Positions 38,264 to 52,236 are shown, counted from the stretch's first letter. The stretch is 64,000 nucleotides of DNA from Anolis carolinensis (GCF_035594765.1 NC_085842.1:208641747-208705746); one strand, 5' to 3'. A program made the numbers and translations. The notes: generated by a model from the sequence alone, not told the origin.

Positions 38264-38587
38264 CAGTAGAGTCTCACTTATCCAAGCTAAATGGGCCGGC
38301 AGAAGCTTGGATAAGCGAATAACTTGGATAATAAAGAGGGATTAAGGAAAAGCCTATTAAACATCAAATTAGGTTATGATTTTACAAATTAAACACCAAA
38401 ACTTCATGTTATACAACAAATTTGACAGGAAAAAGTAGTTCAATACGCAGTAATGTGATGTTGTAATTAATGTATTTATGAATTTAGCACCAAAATATCA
38501 TGATATATTGAAAACATTGATGGCAAAAATGGCTTGGATTATCCAGAGGCTTGGATAAGCGAGGCTTGGATTAGTGAGACTCTACTG
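38264..38587. mobile_element. Tc1/mariner (Tigger/pogo-like) MITE
   Basis: 24-bp TIR CAGTAGAGTCTCACTTATCCAAGC (23/24 match to the right end), with TA duplicated on both sides. Confidence 0.85.
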
Positions 38588-39289
38588 TATTTAAAAAAAG
38601 AGAGAGAAGGCGAAAAGAAGCTTCTCTTGCGCTTATCAACCACACAGATTGACAGATTCGTTGGTAATATTGATTTATGATTTGATTCAGAAAAGCCTCT
38701 CTGTCACGTGACGTTTCCGATGGGTCAAGAGTTGAATTCCAAGTTATTGATTTTTATTGTATTTATTTAGTTTTGGTAGGATTGTGGTTTTCTTGACTTG
38801 CGATCTCTGCCTTTCTTGCCAGAGAGTCTCCTTAGCGAGAATCTTATCCTGCTCTCTCTCGGCCTCCAGCCATGCAAGCTGGCAAAATGAATGCCAGTTT
38901 AATCTTACCCATATTCCTGGACAGCGGGTTTAGGAGCATTTCCTGCTATGGCGACATCCTTCTCCGCGTAGGAAAGAAAACGCTGCCCTCTGTTTACAGA
39001 GAATCCAACAATACAAAACAATTCCCGAAGGATTTCCATTATATTCTTTTCAAGACGGCATGTAACCACATTGACCCCCCCCCCCTTATTGACCCGTCTT
39101 CTTTCCCTCCCCCTTCCAAACTGGGAATCGGTCATTTACAGGAGCCCAGAACTAATAACTAATAACCGTTATCCCTGTTTTTCTCGAATCTCTGCCGACA
39201 CCCATCCTTCCACTATATGATACTGCCTTGCATGAATACTGTAAAGCAAAGGAGTTGTTCCTAAGGATTATCCATCTTCCCCTTCTGTG

Positions 39290-39755
39290 TCAGACTACAC
39301 AGAGAAGCCATTGAAATGCACAAGCTTGTGGACAATTTCAACAGAAAGGAGGAAACCATGAAAATGAACACAATCTCTAGAATCTCTTAAAATCTCTAGT
39401 ATTAGGACAGTAAATAAAGAATAACTCTGAAAACAAGGGAATTCCAGAAATGAAACAATCAGGACCAGCTAACACCTTCCAACAAAGGATTCCCCCAGGC
39501 AGGAATCAGACAGACCTGAAAGCTGCAAGGCTTTTCAATGCTAATCAAGTTGATTAATTGCAACATTCCCACTTGCCTCCAACAGACAAGAGTTCTTTCT
39601 CCCACCCTATTCATCATTCCACAGATATATAAACCCCACTTGCCTAGTTTCCAATAGACCTCACAACCTCTGAGGATGCCTGCCATAGATGTAGGCGAAA
39701 CGTCAGGAGAGAATGCTTCTGGAACATGGCCATACAGCCCGGAAAATGCTCAAAA
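39290..39755 (+). mobile_element. Penelope-like element 3' fragment
   Basis: RLHREAIEMHKLVDNFNRKEETMKMN remnant followed by the pLTR. Confidence 0.85.
39667..39707 (+). ncRNA. Minimal type I hammerhead ribozyme motif (PLE-associated), best-preserved copy
   Basis: CCU | CUGAGGA | U | GCCUGC-CAUAGAU-GUAGGC (6-bp stem II) | GAAA | CG | UC | AGG. Predicted cleavage is 3' of C39704. Confidence 0.7.
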
Positions 39756-40926
39756 ACCCACATCTTCCCCTTGCTTTTTGATATACCTATCTGAGTAGCC
39801 CCGACCCAAGAGCGCGTTGATATCGGGATTGATCGCTCCCTGTGTACAGATAAGGACAGATTTCTCCCCCTTCGTGACCCGGTCATGAGAGGGGATCACG
39901 TGGGTAGGACGCGGGAGCCGGTGACTACTGTTGACCTTTGTATTTATTTTCCATCCGAGGCAAGATTAGAAGCAGCCAAGTCTGTATTATAAACAGTCAC
40001 AGGAACATGAATGGCACCGCCACTTAAAAGTAGAGGAGATTTGCCTTTTAATACGCCCCACTAAAGAGCCATCCTGGAAGGCAGAAAATCTCTCCCCCTT
40101 TTCTCTACCTCAGAAGCAGAGGAGGGGAAGGAGAGACGTTTAGAAAGAGGGATTTAAAAAAAAAATCTGCTCCCTGCCACTAGTGGTGTCCTTTGCCTCT
40201 CCAGGTGGCCTGGAACAATATCTAGAGCCTCTCCTGACCCCCTTTCCCTCCCCGATGGTCCCCTCAGATAAAAGTCTTCTGGGGCTAGACTTTTATTGCA
40301 GGAGTCAGGAAAAGAAGCTGGTCGTAAACTCAGGTAGGTGTCCGGTTTGATCTGTCCAAGCGCAGGAAGTGGAGGGCCGAGGAGGAGGCGGAATCGGGGT
40401 TGTAAACCCTTTGCTTTCCCTTCTTTTCTCCTAAGATGAAACGACCAGGCACTCGACTCGGCGGCGAGGCCTGGGGTGATGGGAGCTGTTGTGTGTGTGC
40501 GTGTGCGTGCAATTAACTCTGCAGAGACAACACTGCAAAGACACCCTCCCCCCCACCTTCATGTCCCACTTCTTCCTTTTTCTTTTGCCAACCCAGCTCT
40601 GATCCCACACGAGTTTTCCTTGCCTGGGCTCTTTCTCGGGCATGTTATGGGTCGTTTTAAGGTCTAAGAGGCCCCAGTCTCCGCTGAGGAGTTCTAAGAA
40701 ACTGACGCTGTTCCCTGAGGCCAGGACTTTGACAAACACAAGCCACATACAGACCCTTTTTGGGCGAGTTGTGTTCAGATTTATAGCTCTTGCAGGAGGT
40801 TGAAGAAAAGGCAGAGAGACAGGCTGCTTGTGAAAGATGAGGAAGCATTGCTTGGAATCTGTTGTCTCCCTGGGTTGAGGTTGATACTCTCGCTATTCAG
40901 ATTAACAAGTGAGAAGAAGGCTTGTT

Positions 40927-41401
40927 GGGTTGCTGTGAGCTTTCCGGGCTGTATGGCCGTGTTCTCTCCTGACGTTTCGCCCACATTTATGGCAGGCATC
41001 CTTAGATGTTGTGAAACATATTGGAAACTAGACAAGGGAGCTTTATATATCTGTGGAAGGCCCAGGGTGGGAGAAAGAACTCAAGTGTGAATGTAGCAAT
41101 TAATCACTTTGATTAGCATTGAAAAGTCTTGCAGCTTCAAGGCCTGGCTGATTCTTGCCTGGGGAAATCCTTTGCTGGGAGATGTTAACTGGCCCTGATA
41201 GTTTCATGTCTGGAATTCCCTTGTTTTCAGAGAGTTACTCTTTATTTACTGTTGTGATCTTGAAGTTTTTTAAAATACTGGTAGCCAGATTGTGCTCATT
41301 TTCATGGTTTCTCCCTTTCTGTTGAAATTGTACACATGCTGGCGGATTTTAGTGGTTTCTCTGTGTAATCTCACATGCTGGTTGTTAGAGTGGTCCAGTA
41401 T
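40927..41401 (-). mobile_element. Penelope-like element 3' fragment (hammerhead core mutated to CUAAGGA)
   Basis: Reverse complement of the pLTR plus the endonuclease tail. Confidence 0.8.
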
Positions 41402-43128
41402 TTCAGTGGAAGACTTGTTATTTCCTTCCCTCCTTTCCTTCTATCTTTGCTTCCCAGTTTGCTTGTTTTCTTACTTCTCTTCTTCCCTCTCTCTTTCCCT
41501 TCCCTTCCTTTTTAACCATCCATCCATCCATCCATCTATCCTTCCGTATTTTCTCCCACCCCTTCCTCCCTCCTTTCCTTTTTCCTTTTTTTAACCTTTC
41601 TTTAATAATAATAACGATAAACTTTATTTATACCCCTCCCCATCTCCCAGAAGGACTCCTGCGGCTTACAACATAAATAAATGCAATGAATAACAGATGC
41701 AAAATAAAATAAGACAGATAATAACAAGTTAATATAAAAGACAAAACAAAACAAAATAGACAATTGAACAAGAAGTAGTAGAAAACATTAGTTTAAACAC
41801 AATGATTCCTATAAATTAAATAAAAGCCAAAATTTAGGACTACTACCAGTGATGCTGTGCATTTCTTATTCAGTGTGGGTGCATTAAAAGATGGCATGCC
41901 AAGGACACTGGGCTTGTTTGGAGACCAGCTAAATGACCTTGAGGTACCTCTGAGTCCACGTTTCGATGTCTTTGTTCCTTTCCATCCTTTCATCCATCTA
42001 TCCTTCCGCATTTTCTCCCTCCCTTCCCACCCTCCTTCTCTTTCTGTCTTCTTTCCTTTCTCCTCCTACCTTTCTCCTTTTCTGGGAGGCTCAGACAAGC
42101 TCCCTAAACCCCAGTGGAGATGAATCACCCACGCAGGCCCAGGGACACGGAGCAAATCCACTGTCCACCCGGGCCTTGCTGAGACAGACCCTACCAACCC
42201 TCGTTGGACCCCAGAGGCTGGGAGTGAGGCTGTGGATGAGGGGCTATTAGCACACCTGATTGCAGGCTCTGAAAAGGATCAACACAAAGAGATGAAAGGG
42301 CTCCCTTTCCACAGGACCTCTGATTTATGGGCCCGGGTGGGAGTGTATCCTGGGATAGGAAGTCCTTTCTTCCTGCGATGGCTGCTTTCCTTCTACTTTG
42401 CTAATTATCGATCTGTCTTTCTGATCTACCTATCTAATAAACCAGCTAAGTGACACCATAACAAAGAATTTCTTTACTTGTCCCCAGGAAATGCTATCCC
42501 AGTATCTTCCTCCTTGTCTCCCTCCCGCCCTCTCTCTGACACGCAGCTTGGAACAAAAGGCATTTTCTCCGCCATCCTGAAACACGTCTATATCCCTTGC
42601 CAGGTGATTTCCAGACTGAAATAAAAGCAGCCCCGTTTCCTTAGTGTGTTGGTACTTCTATTCTCGAATCCTCTTTACTCCTTACCCTTCCCAATAGCCC
42701 TTCAAATACCCTCCGTGGTCAATACATGGAAATATATCCCCGCCTGGAACAACCTGGAACTTTAGGCCTGTGTGGTCGTTCGCTGTTGGGCTCTCTGCGG
42801 GAATTCATCCCCCAACAATGTGGTCGAAAACATGGAGCAGTTGTGGCGTCAATTATGCTAGCCCCGGAGTGTAAATACTGCTCCCCAAGTTGACATTGCA
42901 CAGAAAAATCTATCTATCTGTCGCCCGTACACACGTTGGAAATAGAGTTTCATTATAGGAAGGAATAGATGACATTCTCTTTCTGTTGACCCTCCACCTA
43001 ACTGTGCTCACTTCCTTCTCCCTCCAAAATAATTATGCTCTTATGAAGGGCTCCATCTTGAGATTTGGGTTGCCCACCTTTCTGATCTCTACTCTTTTTG
43101 GAGTTGCATTGGAAGAAGTGTTAGTGTT

Positions 43129-43459
43129 CACAGAATCATAGAGTTGGAAGAGACCTCGTGGGTCATCCAGTCCAACCCCCTTCCAAGAAGCAGTAAAACT
43201 ACATTCAAAGCACTCCGACAGATGCCCATCCAGCTTCTGCTTGAAAGCCTCCAAAGAAATAGCCCCCACCACACTACGGGGCAGAGAGTTCCACTGCTGA
43301 ACAGCTTTCACAGTGAGGAAGTTCTTCCTGATGTTCAGGTGGAATCTCCTTTCCTGTAGTTTGAAGCCATTGTTCCGTCCTAGTCTGCAGGGCAGCAGAA
43401 AACAAGCTTGCTCCCTCCTCCCTATGATTTCCCCTCACATATTTATACATGGCTGTCAT
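43129..43459 (-). mobile_element. CR1 LINE 3' end
   Basis: Minus strand reads MYKYVRGNHREEGASLFSAALQTRT..AVQQWNSLPRSVV..SLEAFKQKLDGHLS and terminates in the ATTCTGTG-type CR1 tail. Confidence 0.9.
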
Positions 43460-44874
43460 GTATACTGCATTGACACTGCATTGGGGTTGACATCATCACC
43501 AAATGCAAGGAGAATTGGAAGACGCTTAGTCCTCTTTTCTCCCTTCCCCCCAAATATGGCGTCTAGCTTTTGTTTGGTGTTGTTGTTTCTGCTACTATTT
43601 TTTTTTATTAAAAGGGCAGATCTGAACCCAGCATCAGAGGCCTGGTTCTGTATATCATTCCAGAGATGTTTCTCCTCCAGCTCCACAGCTCCTCTGGCTT
43701 CTGCAGCCTGACTAATGACAGCTGCAATTGACAAAGCCTGCAGAAATGGCCACCGCCTTCTAACATGTATTTCACGAAACATTCTTTTCCCACATCAGCC
43801 CAAGTTTCTTCAAGTTCCGCCTGCTGCTCTGTGCTTACAGTTTACAGCTTTCTCCGAATCGCAGGGAGCTAATAAACGTTTTATTAAAAGGTTTTGATGG
43901 ATTCACCTTTGGGATTAACTAAGATAATAGTTTATTACACTCTGAAAGATTAAACTGAGTACCCTGGTGGGGAAGAGAGGAAAAAATAAACATTACAAAT
44001 AACAAAGCTCCTCTTTGAACGTAATGTACCATTGTTTGCAGACACAAAACATAACTCAAACAGTTTTGTTTTAAACACACACACACCACGATTTAGATAT
44101 GCATCTGATATTAGAAGACAATTAAAAGGATCTTTCTAGCAGAGGGGATGCCTATACTCATACACAGATCACTGGGGGAATATATGTTTGTGGATAGATA
44201 CGGTTTTTCCTCATTGGAGCTTTACGAGGAAAGAGGGATATGCCTGGTCAATTGGAGGAGCAAAATAAGACGGGTGTGTGTGTGTGTGTCAAGGATGGGT
44301 ATCTTGGAAAGACAAAAGGGAAGGTTAATGGAATTAAAAAGATCCCAGAGCGATCATTCTGTAAAAGAGTTCGTGCTCTTTCCCTCTGTCTCTCGCTTTC
44401 TCCCTTGCAAGGCAGATTCTACCATTCATCCACTCCTTCACATATTTGCATGCTCACAGAACTTAGTGTAACCTGCTTCCTGGCAATTAGGATCAAACAG
44501 TCTGGATCATCATAACAAACATATCTGAAAGCAGGAGCATGCATTCGCTTTTGTTCTACAGCCTATATGATAAAGAGGACAAAATGTGTATAACCAATAT
44601 AGAGGAGTCAAAGAGAAGTGCATCTTCATGTCAGTTTTTACCTAACAATTGGAATCTTCCTGGTTTTATTTTCTGTTATTATTTTGTTAAGAAACGGGAT
44701 TTTTTTCAGAACACCTGTAAGTTTGTGCACACAAAGGGGTGGAGAAAGAGGAAAAAGGTGGATTATCCATACCCAGTAGTATGTTTAAATACGGGATGTG
44801 TAGCTAAATATATTCATATTCATATTCACCATAAAACATACACATGGGATAAATTGTGCATATATTTAACACTA

Positions 44875-45255
44875 TTTTAAAAAACCTCTAAAATCATAAC
44901 AGTAAATACAGAACACCACTCAGAAAACAAAGGAATTCCAGACAGGAATCAATCAGGGCCAGCTAACACCTCCCAACAAAGGATTCCCCCAGGCAGTAAG
45001 CAGCCAGACCTTGAAGCTGAATGGCTATTCAATACTAATCAAGGTGGCCAATTGCAACATTCACACCTGCCTCAAACAGACAAGTGTTCTTTCTCCCACC
45101 CTGGACATTATGCCACAGATATATAAACTCCACTTGACTAGTTTCCAAAAGACCTCACAACCTCTGAGGATGCCTGCCATAGATGTGGATGAAACGTCAG
45201 GAAAGACTGTTTCTGCAACATGGCCATACAACCCGGAACAACTCACAGCAACCCA
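44875..45255 (+). mobile_element. Penelope-like pLTR fragment
   Basis: Same repeat family as the other PLE copies. Confidence 0.85.
45161..45201 (+). ncRNA. Minimal hammerhead motif, core intact, stem II with one mismatch
   Basis: CCT-CTGAGGA-T-GCCTGC-CATAGAT-GTGGAT-GAAA-CGTC-AGG. Confidence 0.55.
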
Positions 45256-45880
45256 TATTTTAAATGTTCGCCTTTTGTCATTTATTGAGGTCTGCAGGTA
45301 TGCTCAGCATTATTTCGAAGTACACAGAGGCATGGCTTCTCATTGAAAGTGTCACTTATTTTTAAAAAATAAAGACAAAACAAGTAACTATCCTTTTCAT
45401 TAGAGGTGATAGTCTCCGTGGTTAACTTGGCTGCTAGAATATTTTTGCTGCGAGTGAATAGAACCGGGGTTTCCCTTAGCCTCATCCACTACCATTTCCA
45501 ACCATTCCTCTGTTGACGTGAACTGGACAATCAATATCTAAGAGTCCCATTAATTTGAGCATTTCTCTTATCAGAACAAAGGAAGGCTGTATGGCTGCAG
45601 ACCCATAGGTGAGGATAAAGCCCACTTAGATCAATGGGATTTAATTCTAAATAGCCCTGACATCCATATAGCGTCTTGAAATGGAGATCACTCTTCCTTT
45701 TCCTCCTTAACTCTTTCCCAATGACACTGGATAATATTGCACTTATCTGGGGATGAAGTTTACCTTTCGATGTCTTTTGCCTCCATCAAAGGTAATTCAA
45801 GGGAGACCAGACATTCAAATCCGCAATCTAGGTGGAGCCTCTGAAGCTACTTTGGTTAATCCAGAGTAGACTTCTCCAAA

Positions 45881-46223
45881 GGGCCCTTCCACACAGCCCT
45901 ATGTCTAGGAAAATCAAAGCAGAAAATCCCACAATATCTGCTTTGAACTGGGTTATCTGAGTCCACACTGCCATATATTCCAGTTCAAAGCAGATAATGT
46001 GGGATTTTCTGCTTTGATTTTGTGGGTTATAGGGCTGTATGGAAAGGCCCAAAGGTTGCTCCAAGATTTCTGGGGCCCCTTCCACAAAGCTGAATAAAAC
46101 CCCACATTAGCTGCTTTGAACTGGAATATATGGCACTGTGGACTCAGATAACCCAGTTCAAAGCAGATGTAGTGGGATTTTCTGCCTTGATATTCTGGGT
46201 TATATGGCTGTGTGGAAGGGCCC
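45881..46223. mobile_element. Two adjacent palindromic MITEs (45881-46050, TSD AAA; 46074-46223)
   Basis: GGGCCCTTCC/GGAAAGGCCC and GGCCCCTTCC/GGAAGGGCCC termini. Confidence 0.8.
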
Positions 46224-48040
46224 TGTGTCAGGGATTACTAAACCACAATGGAGGCATTTAGTACATTCAACAATGTAGTTCTTGACAATACATATATTAA
46301 TGGGGAAAATAATTTCTAACCTTCTGTTCAGGGAAAAAGAGTCTGCTTTCCAGTTTCTCCTGCTCTTTGTTGCCCCCACAGCACCTAAGGATATGGTTTT
46401 CTATACTACAAGAATTTTTTTTATTACAAAACTCACCCCCATAATGCCACAGACACAACCAGCAGGAGTCCTGGGGCACCTCAGATAACCAAAGAAGCTG
46501 GTGGTTTAAAAGCAGCCAGATGGAGAGCTGACTCAAAGCCCCCCCCCCCCCCAAAAAAACCCAAGTTTCTCCCACACAACACCTAACCCCATCTCCAATA
46601 CCATAACATGACGAGGAAGATAGAGTTCTAAATGGGAAAAAATTATGAATATATTACATCTATTCATTGCATTTATTTAAAAGGTTCTCCAGCAGCAAAG
46701 TCTCAACGGTGGCTATTGTTTGTTAGGTCTACCAGGGGATTTTCCAACATATCTTAGGTCTTTTTCCCACCTGGAAAGATTCCTGGATTTTTCAGATGGG
46801 CTGCTCTGCAGATCTACCACAGAGGTGGTAAGATACACATCAGAGAGGTATTTATGACAGAAAATGGGCGCATTCTGTGCATTCCTGTAATTGTTGGGTC
46901 TTGAAAATCCTTATCTGGAATTAGCAGGCATTGTGTGTGTGTATGTGTGCCTTCAAGTTGCTGTCTACTTAGGGTGGCCCCATGGATTTCTTAGGATTTC
47001 TTAAACAAGGATTAAGGGACATCTCCCAAGCTGCTGTGATTCAAAGGATTGTTCTACAAGGACTTAAATCTTATCAAACCTAGAAAACAAGCATGTTTAC
47101 CACTTTAAAAAAAAATCCAACGCCAGATAATTTCCAATAGACAGATCCTGAGAAAGAGAAGAAATGTCATGGTGATGCCAACACACTGCAGTAAAATACA
47201 CAAAAGCCCCCAAAAAGTGTACACACTTACTTGAAAGTTCCTCTTCCTGAATTCAGTACATTTAATTCTGAGTTGACAAGGTGTGGATCTATTACCACAA
47301 AGTAACTGCTATTATTTGTTTTATTTTCATTCCCCCTATACAAATGTTAGGATGTTTAATAGTTAGGGGTGTTTTGCCCACCCTTTAAAATTATCTACAT
47401 AAGAGTAATTTGAAAGAATATTCCCTCTTGATTAAAATCAACCCGTTCTTGGAATTAGTTGTACTAAATACCTTTCTTAGTGTTTTTTATTCCTATTCAG
47501 AAAACAAACTAAAACAAAAGAAAACCAGCAGTGCAAGCCTAATTCCTTCCTGTCTAAAAACAAATTTTCTGAATTCTTCAAATAGGCCAGTCTTGAAGAG
47601 TTCGCGAACTAAGGCGCTTGGGCTAAATAAGTAAATAAATGGATTTGCAATACAGATTGGAATACAGATTGCTGGAGGAAGGGGGGCGGGATGGGGAGGG
47701 TTTTTTTCCCCTTTGCCCAAACCAGATATTTGTTGTTCTTCTTTCAAAAGGGTGAAAAGGGTGGGATGGGGTGGGATGGAGACAGGGGGTAGAGAGAGGG
47801 GCAAGGCGAAGGCAAAAGCAAAAAAACAAAAACAAAAACAAAAAAACAACAATTTCCCCAGCATAAAAATGAAACATCATGTTCGTTTGCCTTTGGGCTT
47901 CATTTTTTCCCTTCTACATTATAACTAGTTATTGAACTCGCTAGAAGATCTAAAGGCCATTTGCGAGGAGACAAATTTCAATGGAGGTTCCCCATCAATA
48001 ACTCCTTGGCAGTGACCTATTGGATCAAGTCAAACAGTTG

Positions 48041-48057
48041 AGGTGAAATTCAGGTCA
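48041..48057 (+). promoter_or_regulatory. DR5 retinoic-acid response element 5' of HOXC4
   Basis: AGGTGA-aattc-AGGTCA, matching the known 5' Hox4-group RARE form. It sits in a conserved-looking block at ~47880-48085. Confidence 0.85.
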
Positions 48058-48779
48058 CGCCGTCTAAGCAATATTAAAATGCGCCCACTTTTTAAAAAGC
48101 CACTTTCAACGAGATTTGAAGAAAATTGAATTCCTGGGAGAGGGAGGGAGGGGTAAAGGGAGGGTGAGGGGGTGGAAAGGGTGTAAGGGGGGGGGGCTTT
48201 GCGGAAGGGAGAGGGGAATTTGTTTGCATGCATGTGCTTTTTCCATCAAACAGGAAGAATTCGTCTCTAGCATTTTGTAAAACGGGAGGAAGGGATAAAT
48301 ATTTATACCTTGGCTTCTTAAGAGGCGAACATAAAAATTCTGTTACTTTTAGTGATATTCTTTGGTTTTCCAAATCGTTTTAACACCCCCCTGATTACTT
48401 TTTTTGACAACAGATTTAAAAGAAGGGAAGGGGGGGGTGAAGAGAAATCAATTAAACATTTGCATATTTCTTTGCATAAATTAGTCCTGTCTCCACGGTG
48501 GGGAAGGGAGAGGGAGGAAAAGGCCTATATGTTGATGTTGTGTGTGTTGCAGAACACCAAACATTTTACTGGAGCTCAGTGATTTATAAGTTGTTGAGCT
48601 TTTTTAATTGCAAGGCCAATATAATTTTGGAGTGCAAAGTGTCAATGAGAAATCAACTGTTTTTGTACTTCTCGGGAGAGAAAAAAGATATCCCATTCTA
48701 GCTACCCCTCTAACGTTATGCATTGAATTTACTAGGAAATGGTAAAAAGGTGGAATTTATCCAGTAAAGTCAGTGGTAA

Positions 48780-48939
48780 CATGCACAATGGAGGACCTTC
48801 TTATAGCAACATCAGAGGCACTCCAAGTGGCCAGCTACTGGTCAAAGGACATTTAGTAATATTTCAAGTTTTTAACTTTGTTTGTGCTTCTAAATACATT
48901 ACAACTGTACCTCCAGTTCGCTTCTGACAGGATAAATAA
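48780..48939 (+). mobile_element. Second Vingi-like LINE 3' end
   Basis: Homologous to 13114-13270. Tail TCGCTTCTGACAGGATAAATAAA, with imperfect 8-bp TSD AGTGGTAA/AGTGGCAA. Confidence 0.65.
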
Positions 48940-49005
48940 AGTGGCAAAATTAATTTTTCTTTTCAAAATGAGGAGGGACTGAATAGAAGAAAGGGGTGAG
49001 TTTGA

Positions 49006-49165
49006 GGGCCCTTCCACAAGCCCTATATTCCAGAATATCAAGGCAGAAAATCCCACTGTATCTGCCTTGAACTGGTTGTCTGAGTCCACACTGCCATATA
49101 TTCCAGTTCAAAGCAGAAAATGTGGGCTTTGATATTCTGAGATATAGGGCTGTTTAGAAGGGCCC
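49006..49165. mobile_element. Palindromic MITE (TSD TGA)
   Basis: TGA|GGGCCCTTCC...AGAAGGGCCC|TGA. Confidence 0.85.
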
Positions 49166-51285
49166 TGAGTGTGACAATAAACTTTGATCATTTCTTGGAA
49201 AAGTCTGGATTTTGATCTTTAGAGACAGGAATTATATTTCGAGCTTCTATCCCATTCTTCCTAAATGGCATTTATTGTTCCTTTATTATTTATTATTAAT
49301 TTTCTTCGAGGAAGTGCTTATTTGTTTCCCCAAACCACCCAGGACCAATACTCCAAAGCCAGGGGGGAGAGAGTGCTTTCCCTTCATGGAGGCCCTGAAA
49401 TGTAAGCTGGCGGCTTGAGGTCGGCCTTTAGAACGGATTTTCCTCTTTTTTTCCTTCCCATAAAACCTTAATTCGAATAGGGCTCACGTGGCAAGGGCTT
49501 TGTCTTATGATTATTACTAGCATTATGACTATTATGATTACTAAACACTGAAAGAGCAAGAAATCTCGGCGTCAGAGTGTTTCCAACCCCCCTCAATCCC
49601 AGCCTCTCCCCCCCCCCCCCCCCTTATTTTGGTCCAAGATGCACAGATTGCAAATGGCGAGAGGTGTAGGTTACCAAGCGGTCAGTATGGTAATCGCTTG
49701 CACAATGAATCCGCAGGGACAATGAGCACTTATTTTTCTTCAGTACTGTCAAGGAGGCGCTTTGTACTCAGAAATAGTCCTGAAAATGGTAGCCAGATAG
49801 ATACACGGGGTGCTGGGCTTTTTTCTCTCTCTCCTGCAAACCAATTTTTGGCCAGGGAAGGACTTTCAGGGAAGGGGTCAGAGATATTTTTCTAAAAAAA
49901 ATAAAATCTATGCGTTTTTATTTATTTTCCCCCAGTTGTCACTCAAAAGATCATAACAATAATTGTGTTTTCCTGACCTAGTTGTATTACTTGTTTTTAA
50001 AAAAAATAAGGAGGGGGAGACAGAGGGCAGAAGTGTGAGAGAGGCGAGAGGGATGCTCTAGGAACAAAAGGGATTTGTTTCCCTTAAAAAAAATTGCCCA
50101 CACATTCTTGGAACTTTCTTTGAGAGAACACATAAAAGAAACTCACCGGAACACTTTAAGAAAAGCATTTTTATTTTTATTTTATTTTAAAAGTTTATAA
50201 ACAGAAAAAAGAATATATAAACTTTGCAATTTAATTCATATCCGGGAGGAGAGAAAAACAGGAATATGTTAAGATATAGAAACTGACAGAAACCAACAAA
50301 GAGGTAAAACAAACAACCCCAGCATGGAAAATGAAAACAACAAATATCTTATAGCTTTCCTAGGAGTATGTCGTCCTAGGGAAGATATAATCCTATATGT
50401 ACTTACTCGGGAGAGAGGCTTACTTCCGAGTAAACATGGTCAAAATCAGGAGGCTGTGTTTTGCTGGCGGATCTCATGCAAAGAAAGAGCGAAATCTTAC
50501 TTCCAAGTAGCTTTACATACATCCTGCTTCTTGATTCATTTCATGCTTACTCGGACTTTAAACCCCAGTGCATAAATCTGCTATCTCATATGGAAATAAG
50601 ACTCGCTGGAAACAATGTGTCCTGATTTCCAGTTATTATTATCTCCCATAGCAGCATTGCCCTTTCTTCCGTGAGCCCCTAAAAGAATAATTAAGAGGAT
50701 AATAATCAGGATATAGTTTTATTTGTTTAGATCGCCCTTATGAATCAGGAACTTTAAGGTACATGAGCCAATTATCCCCTCCAAAGTATACAGTCTACTG
50801 AGGAGTCTCTATTGTGGCCAATGGGAGTTAAAAGCCACTGAGTTCAGTGAGGTTTACTTCCTAATAAATGTGCTTAAAAGTTGTAGCTTCAGTTGGTAAA
50901 TCTTTCATCCTTCCTCCTTATCTCTTCATTTGAATTCTATTAAGGTCCCCAATGGGCACTCTGCATTTCAAATCAAGTACTTGAAGGCTGTACTAAATTC
51001 AGTGGGAACCAGCTCAGCACATATTGAACAGCACAAAAACATATGGTCTACTCAGATGTAAGTCTCTCTGATTTCAGTGAGGCTAACTCCCAAGCAAGTG
51101 TGTATAAGATTGCTATTAGATATAAGACTTTTGATAGTATATGTAAAAGAGTATAATTTACACTGCTGCTTCTGATACTGCTAATCATAGTGTTTGTAAC
51201 AGCATAGGATTGGTAGTAAAAATTAAAGTGGAGCACAAAGAGTACTCATATTACTAAAATCAGAACAAATACTTTTTTAGAATAT

Positions 51286-51708
51286 GAACTCACCTGATTT
51301 TGTTCACTCTATACATTCTCCATTGAAAGAGAATGTTGAAGCTTGGAATCTATAAGATATGCAGGTTTGACAGGAATAATACTGAGTGAGGGAGAAATAA
51401 TCTTGTTCCCCAAACACAAACTTGGGGAGAATGAGTTTCATAAAACTATTACAATCCATAAAAGCCTGATGGTAGCAGTATTGTAGATGTTCGTAGAAAC
51501 AGTAGAGATACTTGCTTAACATTATTCCCAGTTGGTGAGTATTTCTATATTCCAGCATCTATCCTATAATTTCAAAAAAGAAATAAAATGAATGTTCTCT
51601 CTCTTTCTCCCTCACTCAGTATTATTCCTTTCTGCATATCTTTTAGGTTCCAAGCTTCACCATTCTTTCAATGGAAAATGTATAGAGTGAACAAAATCAG
51701 GCAAGTTC
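51286..51708. repeat. Long inverted repeat (~110-bp arms), probably an old fold-back/MITE
   Basis: Arm 51286-51397 is the imperfect reverse complement of 51604-51708 (e.g. CCTGATTTTGTTCACTCTATACATT vs AATGTATAGAGTGAACAAAATCAGG). Confidence 0.8.
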
Positions 51709-52236
51709 TCAATAGGAATGACATTGTAAAGATAGTCTGAAATGTTTCACTTACACTAGGTCTGGCCACCATTTCCTCCATTTTTCTTCTTCTTTTGGAG
51801 CAAACCACCCTTCTCCTCCTCAGAAGCTATCAATCAATCAACCAGCAAGCCAGCTGACAATTCCACATATTATTTGTGCATGAAAAACTCTTTCAGGGTG
51901 AACTTGGCCCAAATATTTCATGAAGTAATAAAAAAGAGGCTAATAAAATAGTAGATTTTTATGTGGTCACCTGAATAGAAATTAAGGTAATCTTTCAGGG
52001 CCCAGTTCTCAGAATGAGGAGAAGGTAGGTCCCACCCTGTCAAAATTCTTCAGAAACATGCATGCTCTACTTGGGAACAGCTTAACTTGTTTAACGACTT
52101 TTTTTGGAAGTCTTGAGGGCTGCTCTCTTCCCTTTAGTCATTAAAAGAAAGACTTATGAAGAACATCCTTTGGTGTGGGCATGGAGAGAAGTAATCTTCC
52201 CCTCTTCTCCCTGCAATAGACAGCCCAAATTCTCCA

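Noticed and set aside
39921-39937. GTGACTACTGTTGACCT as a third RARE
   Set aside because: The second half-site and spacing do not fit a canonical DR5/DR2.
40173-40212. CTCF-like strings (also ~31811 and ~46815)
   Set aside because: Key core positions mismatch or are gapped, so they cannot be supported without a PWM scan.
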